From positions 953-64,952 of the forward strand of contig DATFFC010000088.1 of assembly GCA_035250505.1 (NCBI GenBank): 64,000 bases of DNA, written 5' to 3'. This stretch comes from Nitrospiraceae bacterium (GTDB taxonomy: Bacteria; Nitrospirota; Nitrospiria; Nitrospirales; Nitrospiraceae). Under the pieces are notes generated by a model, which had not been told where the DNA came from, did no database searches, and saw only the letters and a program-made list of their open reading frames with translations. The translations under genes were made by a program, and so were the position numbers. The number at the start of each line of letters is the position of its first letter. Positions within the stretch are counted from its first letter, which is position 1. Positions 33,669 through 42,163 of the stretch are shown piece after piece.

Positions 33669-34936
33669 AGTGATTTCTCCTCTTCAGCAAGCATCGTCTG
33701 CTCAGTCTCGTCCCTCGAATCGGTCTCGTCGGAGCCATCCGCTTTGCCCGGCAAGGTGATGATGAATGCCGTGCCTTCTCCCGGGACACTATCCACATCG
33801 ATACGGCCGCGATGAGCCTCTACCAGCGCATGGACGATCGCGAGCCCCAATCCGGTCCCGCCGTCCTTGGTCGTAAAGAACGGGTCGAAAATGCGTGATT
33901 GTTGTTCCGGCGGGATGCCCGGCCCTGTATCCCGCACGGTCACGCGCGTCCCAGCGTGGCCCGGTCCACTGCACCGGCGATCTGCTTGAACCACCACCGA
34001 TAAGGTCCCTCCGTGCGGCATCGCCTGAACGGCGTTCATGATCAGGTTCAAAAGCACTTGCTTCATCTGTGCCGCATCGCACCAGACACGTGCGGCAAAA
34101 CGGTCCGCCTCAAACCGTACCTGGACGGTCGAAGCCGACAGGGCATGGGCGGCCATCGTCAACGCTTCCTGGACTAATGCCTCGGTTTCGTGCCAGGCCG
34201 CCTGAGACCGGTTCGGTTTCATGTAGAGCAATAAATTGGAAAGCAGTCGATCCATCGATTGCACCGCCATGGAGATGTGTTCAGCATAGGCGCGCAGGTG
34301 CGGCGTCTCCTGCAGGTCCTTCCGCAACATCGAGGCGAACAGCTCGACGCTCCCGAGCGGATTACGAATCTCATGGGCGATGCACCCGAGCATTTCGCCC
34401 ATCGCAGCCAGCCGGTTCCGTCGTTGCAGCCGTTCTTCGAGGTGGCGGACCTTCGTCACATCATGAAACAGATGAAGCCGGCCGATGGACTCGCCGGCCG
34501 GGTCGTTCAGTTCGGCTTGTGTCATCGAGAGGGCCATCCCGTCATGCAGCAGCAACGGATACTCCCGCCGGTCCAGGTGGGCTTCCTCGAGAATCTCCCG
34601 GCTCGAACGTCCTTGGAGGCAGTCGCGCGGGACGCCAAGCATCTTTTCCGCGGCGGCGTTACAACGGGTCACGGTTCCCTCACGATCCGTCACAAGAACG
34701 CCCGTATCGAGCGATTCTAGAATGGCGGTGAGATGGGCCCGCATGTCTTCGGTTTCCTTGAGATGCTTGCGCAAGGTGGCGTTTGTCTCAGCCAGCTCCA
34801 GATCCATCTCATGCAAACGCGTCGTCAGAGCCACATAGGACTGTTGCAGTACGCTCGCCGCCTGATCGAAATCCTGAAAGGCCCGGGCCAAGAGGGCGCC
34901 GTTGGCCTGCTCCGGTACCGGAGGCGATGGCGTCAT
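33665..34936 (-). CDS. PAS sensor histidine kinase (FlrB/FleS-like), soluble
   Basis: It has a PAS region, an H-box (IAHEIRNPLGSVELF), and N/G boxes (LLNLIMNAVQAM, DTGPGI, GTGLGLAIV). ATG 34936 forms an ATGA overlap with the TPR gene stop. No TM segments were seen. Confidence 0.85.
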   Translation of the reverse strand: MTPSPPVPEQANGALLARAFQDFDQAASVLQQSYVALTTRLHEMDLELAETNATLRKHLKETEDMRAHLTAILESLDTGVLVTDREGTVTRCNAAAEKMLGVPRDCLQGRSSREILEEAHLDRREYPLLLHDGMALSMTQAELNDPAGESIGRLHLFHDVTKVRHLEERLQRRNRLAAMGEMLGCIAHEIRNPLGSVELFASMLRKDLQETPHLRAYAEHISMAVQSMDRLLSNLLLYMKPNRSQAAWHETEALVQEALTMAAHALSASTVQVRFEADRFAARVWCDAAQMKQVLLNLIMNAVQAMPHGGTLSVVVQADRRCSGPGHAGTRVTVRDTGPGIPPEQQSRIFDPFFTTKDGGTGLGLAIVHALVEAHRGRIDVDSVPGEGTAFIITLPGKADGSDETDSRDETEQTMLAEEEKSL

Positions 34937-37089
34937 GGGCTGCTCCTTTCGATCGTGGAAGCCTGTAGATCCCGTGCGAACACGGCCGCAGCCCGCCGGT
35001 AGAGGGACTGGTCCTCGGCCATGAGCGCTTCCAGCGCCAGGCGCGCCTGATCCGGCTTTCGGGCCTCGCGGTAGAGCCGCACGATCTGCATCCGATCCCA
35101 AGCGGCCACCGCTCGACTCGGATTCAGGCTGAGGCTTTTTCGGTACAACGCCACCGCCTGCTCACTCCGCTTGGCCTTGCTGACAAGATCACCGTATGTC
35201 GCCAAGGCATCCGGCGTGCCGAGCCCACCGAGCCGATTCGCCTCCTCCAACACCGGAAGCGCCTCGGCCGGCCGATGCAGATCGACCAGCGCCAGCCCGA
35301 TGTGTGCCAGCACGTCTTTTCGCACATTCGCCCGGGGATGATTTTGCAGCCACCTGTGTCCGAGCCGGACGACATGGGCGTGCTTGCCTTGTTGGGCCAT
35401 GGAAGTCAGGAGCAGTACGAGGGCTTCGTCGGCATATTGCCCGAGTGGAAATTGGAGGCGATACCGTTCGAAAACTCGTTGAGCAGCCTGTGGGTCCTGT
35501 TGATCCAGGTAACTGGTGCCCAGGCCGATCAAGGCCGATTCCAGCAAGTCGCCGGACTGGGGATCCCGAATGACGAATTGGTAGAGTCGCGCCGCTTCAA
35601 CGGAAAATCCGAGGCGCGCATGCGCATCGGCAACTAGAGATAGGAGGCGATGCCCCGCATACAAGTGATCGGCGCGCGGGCCGTGACGATGGAAGACTGT
35701 CACCGCGCCGAGGTCGTTCTTGGCTTGCAAGGCGGCTTCCAACGACGGCTGAAGCAGGACCCTCAGCCGAGCTCCTGTCGCGTCCGGCCAGGGATCGCCT
35801 TCGAGGCGACCGGCTCGGGCCACAACCCGTCCGTAGAGCTTCAATGCCTCTTCCACATGTCCGGCCTGTTCCTGGAACTCCCCAAGGCGAAACAAGGCTT
35901 CACTTCCCACCGGTGAGTCGGGATGCCGGGCGGCGATATCTTCCAACCGTTGCATCGGTGTATCGGGGTTTACGGCTGTGAGAGGAAGCCCCAGCAGCAG
36001 AGATTCAACCTGAGCCTGCGGCAGCATGGGCATGCCCGCTTGGTAACCCCGCTCCCCTGTGACCCGGATCAACCGAATTTGAGCGAGCGTGCCGGCTTCG
36101 GCGTTCGGATATCGGGCCGCCACGGCGGCGTAGAACAGACGGGCTTCATCGGCCTGGCTCGCCTGTCGGTAATTGTCGGCCAATGCGAGCAACACTTCCG
36201 GCGCTTCGACGCTGGATGGAAAGAGATTGTAGAACTGGAGCCATAACCCACGCGCGGTTTGCGTGCGCTTGAGAGCGAGGGAGGTGTTGGCATAGCGGAT
36301 CAATCCGTGGGGTTGACGGCGAAACACCGGTCCCCATCGCTGGGCGGCCGTCGCATACCGTTGATCCGCCTCCCCCATCAGCCCTTGGCGATAAAGCGCA
36401 TGTCCGGCTCCGATCGAGGCATGGGCGAGTAAGTGCGGATCGGTGGTCTGCTTGCGCGCCAACTCGAAGACTTTGTGCGCATCCGCCCACTTTTTCATTC
36501 CCAGGAGTGTGAACCCCAGTCCGACCATCGCACGGTTCCGATCGTACGAATCGGCATCGGCTCGACCGAGCGCCTGCTGATAGGCGGTTTCCGATTCTTG
36601 GTACCAGCCCAGCTCGCGATACAGATCACCCATGCGCCAGGCGGCGCGCTTGCCGTTGCCCGACGAGGCGCTCTCGCGGCCCAGTACCCGATAGGTCTCA
36701 ATCACGTCGATTCGCCTGGGCTGTTCAGCGGGTGCCATGAGAAGCGATTCGGCAAGAAACGCTCGCGCCGCCGGGGCGGCCTCATGCTGGGGATGCTCCC
36801 TAAGAAATTGCTCGAATCGCGTCGAGGCCGCCGGGATGTCGCGTCGTTCATAGGCCGCGACTGCTTCATCGAATAGTCGTCTGTTCGGATCGCCGGCAGA
36901 TCGATCGAAACGAGGTCCCGCATCCGGCAGGCTCGTCTGAATTATGGATGGCGGCTCGGGAACGCCCGTCGGTGCGACAGTTTGCCATTTGGGGGGAACA
37001 TCGGCCGAAACGGGCGGCGGGCTCCGCTCCGGCTCAGCAGCGGCTCCTTGTCCTGCTGTCGCCCACCCGGCGAGCAACGGGACGAGCAT
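34933..37089 (-). CDS. large TPR-repeat protein, probably secreted, co-operonic with the flagellar two-component system
   Basis: About 718 aa with many Ala/Leu/Tyr-rich 34-residue TPR-like repeats and an N-terminal hydrophobic segment (MLVPLLAGWATAGQGAAA). The ORF stays open up to 37215, but a sigma-54 promoter at 37144-37159 argues for the start at 37089. The start remains uncertain. Confidence 0.6.
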   Translation of the reverse strand: MLVPLLAGWATAGQGAAAEPERSPPPVSADVPPKWQTVAPTGVPEPPSIIQTSLPDAGPRFDRSAGDPNRRLFDEAVAAYERRDIPAASTRFEQFLREHPQHEAAPAARAFLAESLLMAPAEQPRRIDVIETYRVLGRESASSGNGKRAAWRMGDLYRELGWYQESETAYQQALGRADADSYDRNRAMVGLGFTLLGMKKWADAHKVFELARKQTTDPHLLAHASIGAGHALYRQGLMGEADQRYATAAQRWGPVFRRQPHGLIRYANTSLALKRTQTARGLWLQFYNLFPSSVEAPEVLLALADNYRQASQADEARLFYAAVAARYPNAEAGTLAQIRLIRVTGERGYQAGMPMLPQAQVESLLLGLPLTAVNPDTPMQRLEDIAARHPDSPVGSEALFRLGEFQEQAGHVEEALKLYGRVVARAGRLEGDPWPDATGARLRVLLQPSLEAALQAKNDLGAVTVFHRHGPRADHLYAGHRLLSLVADAHARLGFSVEAARLYQFVIRDPQSGDLLESALIGLGTSYLDQQDPQAAQRVFERYRLQFPLGQYADEALVLLLTSMAQQGKHAHVVRLGHRWLQNHPRANVRKDVLAHIGLALVDLHRPAEALPVLEEANRLGGLGTPDALATYGDLVSKAKRSEQAVALYRKSLSLNPSRAVAAWDRMQIVRLYREARKPDQARLALEALMAEDQSLYRRAAAVFARDLQASTIERSSP

Positions 37090-37143
37090 CAGCGGAAAAA
37101 TTGTATGGGCAAGAGGAAAAATTTGCACGGCACGTAAGAGCTG

Positions 37144-37159
37144 AGCAAGTCCCGTGCCT
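37144..37159 (-). promoter_or_regulatory. sigma-54 promoter upstream of the TPR/kinase/regulator operon
   Basis: The minus strand reads AGGCAC-GGGAC-TTGCT (GG-N10-GC). It lies 55 nt upstream of ATG 37089. Confidence 0.55.
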
Positions 37160-37286
37160 TCTGCCCAGGGCTGAAGTACGCAAAAAATGCGCGAGGGGGG
37201 GATATACACCCTCACTCTTGTCAGGAATCACGACAAGCGGTGAGGAAATGAGTCAAGGAATTGACTGACTGGAATGCTTACCGGGC

Positions 37287-38702
37287 TCAGTTTGGAATAG
37301 TTTCGCCGTGGCTCTTGGCGTCAAACCCTTTACGCTTCAGCTTTTCGACCAGCGTGGTTCGGTTCAACTGGAGGAGCTGCGCAGCCCTGCTGGTTACCCC
37401 GTTGGCCTTGCGCAACGCTTCTCCGATTAAACGATTCTCGTACTGCTCCAGCTCCTTCGTGAGATTGATTCCCTCCTCGTTGAAGCGAATGAAATGCTCG
37501 GGTTGCTCCGCCTGTTGAGCGGGAAGCGCCTTTGCCACACGCTCCGGTAGATCGGCGACGGTGATCCAACCCTTCCTCTTCAAGACGACAGACCGTTCCA
37601 CCAAGTTTTCCAGTTCCCGGATGTTGCCCGGCCACTCATACTCCATGAGCCGGGCCAATGCCTCATTTTCCATTCCCTCGATCTCGGTCTTCCGCTGCTC
37701 GTTCAACCGCTCAATGAAGTGGTTCACCAGCAGCGGAATATCGCTGCGGCGCTCGCGCAACGCCGGCACCTCGATGGGAATGACGTGCAGGCGATAATAG
37801 AGGTCCTGCCGGAATCGGCGCTCGGCGACCGCCTGTTCCAAATTTTGATTCGTGGCGGCGATGATGCGGACATCGACATGAATCGTCTTGTTTCCCCCGA
37901 CTCGCTCGAAGCACCGTTCCTGCAGCACGCGAAGCAGTTTCACCTGAAGCGCAAGCGGCATCTCGCCGATTTCATCGAGAAAGAGCGTCCCGCCATGGGC
38001 CAGTTCGAAGCGTCCGAGGCGGGTGTGCGCCGCTCCCGTGAACGCCCCTTTTTCGTGGCCGAACAGCTCGGATTCAAGTAGATTTTCGGGAATGGCCCCG
38101 CAGTTCACCGGTACGAGCGGCCGGTCGCGCCTCATGCTGTTGAAATGCAGCATCCGCGCAATAAGCTCCTTGCCGGTTCCGCTGTCTCCCTGGATCAAGA
38201 CTGTGCTCTCGCTGTCGGCGACCTTTTCGACAAAATCCAAGACCCGCCGCATCGGCGTGCTCGTGCCGACCAAGTGCTCGAACCGATATTGCTCGCGAAC
38301 CGCTTTTCGCAACAAATGGTTTTCCTGCTTGAGCTTCAGCACTTCTACCGCGCGTTTGACGATCAGCGAGACGGTATCCGGGCCGAAGGGCTTCGTGATG
38401 AAGTCGAACGCGCCCGCCTTCATCGTCCGTACGGCGTAGTCGATGGTGCCGAAGCCGGTCATGACGATCGTGATGATCCTGGAATCCATCTTCGAGATGC
38501 GGGTGATGACCTCCAGTCCGTCCATGCCGGGCATGTGCAAGTCGGTGATCACGATATGGACCGGTTGGTCCTGTATCGCCTGGAGCGCAGCCGGACCGTC
38601 CGCGACGCCCGTTACCTGATAGCCGTCATTGAGCAATGTTGCGCTGAGAACCTCTCGGACGCCCGTGTCATCATCAACGACGAGGATGTGGTACTGATTC
38701 AT
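37287..38702 (-). CDS. sigma-54-dependent response regulator (FleQ/FlrA-like candidate master regulator)
   Basis: It combines a REC domain with an intact acceptor (ILVVDDDTG, IVITDLHMPGMDG, TKPF), an AAA+ domain with GHEKGAFTGA and GDSGTGKE, and a C-terminal HTH. It is the first gene of the flagellar block. Confidence 0.85.
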   Translation of the reverse strand: MNQYHILVVDDDTGVREVLSATLLNDGYQVTGVADGPAALQAIQDQPVHIVITDLHMPGMDGLEVITRISKMDSRIITIVMTGFGTIDYAVRTMKAGAFDFITKPFGPDTVSLIVKRAVEVLKLKQENHLLRKAVREQYRFEHLVGTSTPMRRVLDFVEKVADSESTVLIQGDSGTGKELIARMLHFNSMRRDRPLVPVNCGAIPENLLESELFGHEKGAFTGAAHTRLGRFELAHGGTLFLDEIGEMPLALQVKLLRVLQERCFERVGGNKTIHVDVRIIAATNQNLEQAVAERRFRQDLYYRLHVIPIEVPALRERRSDIPLLVNHFIERLNEQRKTEIEGMENEALARLMEYEWPGNIRELENLVERSVVLKRKGWITVADLPERVAKALPAQQAEQPEHFIRFNEEGINLTKELEQYENRLIGEALRKANGVTSRAAQLLQLNRTTLVEKLKRKGFDAKSHGETIPN

Positions 38703-39135
38703 GAAACTCCTTTGGTACGCAACGCTGGAGGTTGAGCCGATAAATCAGGAAAAAAGCTTACTTGGGATGGCATCGACTATTCAACAAAAACATCATTCTC
38801 ACCGGCCTTGTCATATTTGACTAATGGTGGCATCTAGGGCCTTTTGCTGTGGGCGAAAAGCGCCCGCCCCTTCCACCCAACCTCTCTATTCTCTGCTCCA
38901 GCGTGAGCCCCTCATGCCAGCGCACAGTAGGGATGTGTAACTTTCATGCGCCACGCAGTCCACGATCGTCATCACTCACAGATAGGCGATCCCGCACGAT
39001 GTAGAATCCGCTTCAACGACGGTCTTTGAACAATCGGCGTCCATAGGGATATTCGATGACATCGATTGAAGGAGGGCCGCGCCAAAGCGCTATCACGCTG
39101 TCGCCGGCGACACGCTATAGTGGAGTGGTGTCAGC

Positions 39136-39165
39136 TTGACACATTTGGAAAAGAGTTGGTAGGGT
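39136..39165 (+). promoter_or_regulatory. possible sigma-70 promoter for tRNA-Thr
   Basis: TTGACA, then 18 nt, then TAGGGT, ending about 30 nt upstream of the tRNA. The -10 element is weak. Confidence 0.3.
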
Positions 39166-39196
39166 TCGCTCGATTTGCAGCCGTTATCCTGGCCGG

Positions 39197-39272
39197 GCTG
39201 GCGTAGCTCAATCGGCAGAGCAGCGGTTTTGTAAACCGCCGGTTGGAGGTTCGATTCCTCTCGCCAGCTCCA
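39197..39272 (+). tRNA. tRNA-Thr (anticodon UGU)
   Basis: A cloverleaf can be drawn by hand. The acceptor stem pairs GCTGGCG with CGCCAGC. The D-arm is TAGCTCAATCGGCAGAGC. The anticodon stem pairs GCGGT with ACCGC around the loop TTTGTAA. The T-arm is GGAGGTTCGATTCCTC. The CCA end is encoded. Confidence 0.85.
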
Positions 39273-39273
39273 C
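39228..39273 (+). repeat. direct repeat 1 (attL-like; 3' part of tRNA-Thr)
   Basis: The 46 nt TTTGTAAACCGCCGGTTGGAGGTTCGATTCCTCTCGCCAGCTCCAC are repeated exactly at 40856-40901. Confidence 0.85.
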
Positions 39274-39402
39274 AAGTTCCGCTGACGTTCCAACCAGTTG
39301 GCGGGTTGATCGTTCCGTTGGCCACCCCCTGCCCAAGCCTTCCCTATACAAGTGAAATCACTTATTGCTACAGATTTGAATTGATTCGCAATGTCATAAG
39401 AC

Positions 39403-40025
39403 TTATTCATAAAGTAAGAGGCCACCAATATCTGAAGACTCTTCCTCACCCCAATTAGATCCCAGGCACCCAAGCGAACAGAAGTAGCGATGTTCTTCAC
39501 AATCACGAGGCATCGTATCGAAAGTTTTCGTGATGTATTTGGACAGATAACGTCCCAGCTTAATCGGCGAGCTCCCTGGACGCGGACCTCTGACGTTCAC
39601 CTGCCCTTGTCCGTTCCCGTTGACGATCTTCCATTGTCTCAATACGTAAGCGTCACCAAGTGATCCGCACCGATGGCCAAACACTTCCTTCGAATTTCCC
39701 CTTTTGCCCGGCCTCGGGCGCGAATCTCATCTCGCTCTCTGTTACGTGATCTTCCTTTCTCACCTTTCTTGCCCGGTTGGGCCTCGACCTTGCCCCACGA
39801 CATTTCGACCCACTGTTTGCCGAAAGCATGGATCTTGGTCGACCAGACGTTGCCTTTCGGTCGTACTGTGGTGTGTTGTCCAGTGTGATCGCCGAGAAAT
39901 GTCCTCCTGTCAAGTTTAGGGGCCGCTGGCACGGCCCGTGCGCGGGTGGCTCTCGCCAGCTTGCGCATCGTTGGCCTGGCCCCTTGCCTGCTATCGTGAC
40001 TCAATTCATTGCCTTGACACGACAC
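39403..40025 (-). pseudogene. rolling-circle replication initiator (HUH Rep) remnant, frameshifted or deleted
   Basis: ORF 39639-40025 ends in ...IRRKCLAIGADHLVTLTY, which is RCR motif I (xTLTY). The next frame (39403-39684) carries ...LGRYLSKYITK, which is RCR motif III (YxxKY). No HUH motif lies between them, and the frames differ. Confidence 0.5.
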
Positions 40026-40076
40026 GCGGAACCCCCTAGCCTTAGACTAACTAACCGGTTAGTAAGGAGTTGGCCA

Positions 40077-40298
40077 ATGGACGATCGCATCGTTGTCGAC
40101 CCAAAAATCTGTAGCGGGAAACCCACGATTCGAGGGACCCGCATCATGGTCACGAACATCCTCGGCATGGTGGCTGGGGGCTACACCGTCCCCCAGATCC
40201 TCAATGCCTATCCTGAATTGACTCAGGAAGACATAACTGCCGCTCTCGAATACGCCAGCCACGTGGTTGACGAAGAGAAAGTTATTCCGCGTGCCTGA
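40077..40298 (+). CDS. DUF433-type antitoxin-like protein
   Basis: 73 aa. IVVDPKICSGKPTIRGTRIMVTNILGMVAGGYTVPQILNAYPELTQEDITAALEYA is the DUF433 pattern. An AAGGAG RBS lies 7 nt upstream of ATG 40077. Confidence 0.8.
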   Translation: MDDRIVVDPKICSGKPTIRGTRIMVTNILGMVAGGYTVPQILNAYPELTQEDITAALEYASHVVDEEKVIPRA

Positions 40299-40557
40299 TC
40301 GCCTCACCGTTCTGTTAGACCAAAACATTCTCAAACCCGTTCTTTCGTGGCTCATCCAACTAAAGCCTCCCTGGACCGTGTATCACACCAGCGACGTAGA
40401 CCTTTCCGGAAAGGCAGATGAAGAAGTCTTCGCGTGGGCCCAACGAAACGGCGCCCTCATTATTTCTTTCGATGAGGACTTCGCTGATGGACGTTCCTTT
40501 CCGGCGAGAGATCATCACGGCATCGTTCGCCTTCGAGTATGGCCAACTACCATGTAG
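40291..40557 (+). CDS. DUF5615/PIN-like (Mut7-C-type) toxin-like protein
   Basis: The sequence LLDQNILKPVLSWL ... GKADEEVFAWAQRNGALIISFDEDFAD follows the DUF5615 pattern. A GTG start at 40291 would overlap the upstream stop by 8 nt, and the start is uncertain. Confidence 0.65.
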   Translation: MPDRLTVLLDQNILKPVLSWLIQLKPPWTVYHTSDVDLSGKADEEVFAWAQRNGALIISFDEDFADGRSFPARDHHGIVRLRVWPTTM

Positions 40558-40855
40558 GAGACCGAACAGGCCCTCGCGCGACTTTTCAGTGAAGTGTCCG
40601 CAGACGAACTCACCGGCTCTCTGGTCATTGTTGATCGCTCCAGAATTCGCGTTCGCTCTAACCGGAAATAACTAAGGCGCCCGGCAAAGACTGGACGTGC
40701 GAGTGTAACCTTTTTTGTACCCGTCCAGGCCATTTTCAGCTGCTTTCGGCACAACTCGGCGCAATTCGACACCATCACCTAACCAAGCGGTGGTTCAGGA
40801 GTTTCTGTTGGTTTTGGTAATGTGGGATGAGACAGGTCGAAACACGTAGAATAGC

Positions 40856-40901
40856 TTTGTAAACCGCCGGTTGGAGGTTCGATTCCTCTCGCCAGCTCCA
40901 C
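40856..40901 (+). repeat. direct repeat 2 (attR-like; orphan 3' fragment of tRNA-Thr)
   Basis: It is an exact 46-nt copy of 39228-39273 and lacks the 5' half of the tRNA. Confidence 0.85.
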
Positions 40902-41039
40902 TCGATACGTAGAGAGATCAAGCGGTTGTGCCGTTGGCTCTGCGTACGCTCTTCGGAAGGGTGCTCGACAGCGGTCTTGTTCCCATCTGAGGAGATTGCT
41001 ACGGATAACGACGATAAGTGATGGACTGGCTGCGAGGAT

Positions 41040-41621
41040 TCAGAATCTATAGCCGATCTCCAGCAGATACATGTCCACACCGAGCGCGTCAGACCCATAG
41101 AAGCCCGCATCGGACAAATGCTGCAGGCGGAGGCCCGCATAGCCATGCGTAAACGGAGCGAACGTGATTCCCACTGTCCCGACGATTTGCGCGGGACCCC
41201 CGAAGTCTTGCAACCCGAACTTAGTTCTTGAAAGCAGTCCTACGCCCAACCCTGCATCGAGGGATATGAGCCCGTTCCAACCGCTGAGAGCGAGGTCGGG
41301 AACAAAGGTGGCTATGAGGCCGGTGCTTCCCGCTCCCTCGATGACGCCTAAACTCGTAATGAGTCGGGTCTCCAGCTTCCAGTTGCCGTTACCCAATGAC
41401 GAGTACCAGGGAAGCCTGAAAACCGCCGCCACGTCATACAAATGAAAATCTTCTTTTTGCTGCTTGCCCAAAAGCGGGGTGCTGGTGGTGCTGAAACCTA
41501 TTCGTGGACCAATGGTAATGAGGAGGGACTTTTCCTCTGCCTGGCTTAGGTTGTGAGTTTGTGTAATAAATGCAACCGACACAGCTAGACAGATTGCCGT
41601 GAAACGACGCTCGAATCTCAT
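41040..41621 (-). CDS. PagL-like outer-membrane beta-barrel (putative lipid A deacylase / acyloxyacyl hydrolase family)
   Basis: It has a signal peptide, alternating beta-strand pattern, and a C-terminal LRLQHLSDAGFYGSDALGVDMYLLEIGYRF. That segment contains the H-x-S catalytic-type motif and a terminal aromatic residue. Confidence 0.55.
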   Translation of the reverse strand: MRFERRFTAICLAVSVAFITQTHNLSQAEEKSLLITIGPRIGFSTTSTPLLGKQQKEDFHLYDVAAVFRLPWYSSLGNGNWKLETRLITSLGVIEGAGSTGLIATFVPDLALSGWNGLISLDAGLGVGLLSRTKFGLQDFGGPAQIVGTVGITFAPFTHGYAGLRLQHLSDAGFYGSDALGVDMYLLEIGYRF

Positions 41622-42163
41622 ACGGCTAGCGTGGCGACAGGAATATTACTGAAAAAAGAGAGGGAATTCCATTAACGATGGCTCTGTCAGCGTTCAGCTA
41701 TGTATATGGCATAGGCACTGTTTGCCCACAAGTCATAAACAACATTCCAACTCTGTGTCTTTCTTGGCCTGCGCAATGTGATTTGAACCCATGTCTAAGC
41801 CTTAAGAGTCGATTCAGATTGGTTCTAACAACGGCTTGATGTTGCGAAGGCTCGCCATGTAAACCACATGGATTCAGAGAGTCGGCAGGTTCACGTGGTC
41901 GCTGCGAAACATCGAGGTCAAGCGATCACACCAGCGAGAACGGTGTGGCGACCGGTTGCCTTACCTGCGTTTCTGAGTTTTCTGGTGCGGACCGGAGTGG
42001 TTTCGCCACTGCTTAGCGAGGCACTGACCGATCGAGGAAGGAATTTCTACCTCTGGGTTCTTACGGTCCGAAGGTGCAATAAGCCCGACCCCTAGCCCGC
42101 GTTTATGGGTTTGATTCAAGGGACGCGCGGAGTTCCGGGATGAAGGCGCCATCACGGTGTCAT

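Larger units (their letters stand above)
39274..40855. mobile_element. degraded integrated element in tRNA-Thr (no integrase retained)
   Basis: It is bounded by the 46-bp tRNA-derived direct repeat. It contains a Rep pseudogene and a TA pair. It looks lower in GC by eye than the flanking flagellar DNA. Confidence 0.65.

Noticed and set aside
38733-38740. Perfect sigma-28 -10 box GCCGATAA on the plus strand, just beyond the start of the FleQ-like gene.
   Set aside because: No TAAA-like -35 element lies at N15/N16 upstream (it reads TACG or ACGC). No plus-strand gene follows for about 450 nt, so it is probably a chance match.
38703-39196. The GGGCG-AAAAG-CGCCC hairpin at about 38862-38880, considered as a terminator or small RNA in the 490-nt gap upstream of tRNA-Thr.
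   Set aside because: The stem is short, no U-tract follows on either strand, and there is no supporting promoter or conservation evidence.
39093-39506. 137-aa ORF overlapping tRNA-Thr on the opposite strand.
   Set aside because: It overlaps a well-formed tRNA and the att repeat, and I recognised no family. It is spurious.
41622-42163. The 540-nt lower-GC gap between the PagL-like gene and kynU was examined for an RNA gene (tmRNA, SRP RNA, RNase P RNA, 6S RNA) or an integrase remnant.
   Set aside because: I found no diagnostic motifs, such as a tmRNA tag-ORF with a tRNA-like end, an SRP GGAA/AGCA domain IV, or RNase P GAGGAAAGUCC. The ORFs at 41868-42095 and 41961-42155 have no recognisable family. 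The region is left unannotated, and a covariance-model scan (Rfam) would settle it.
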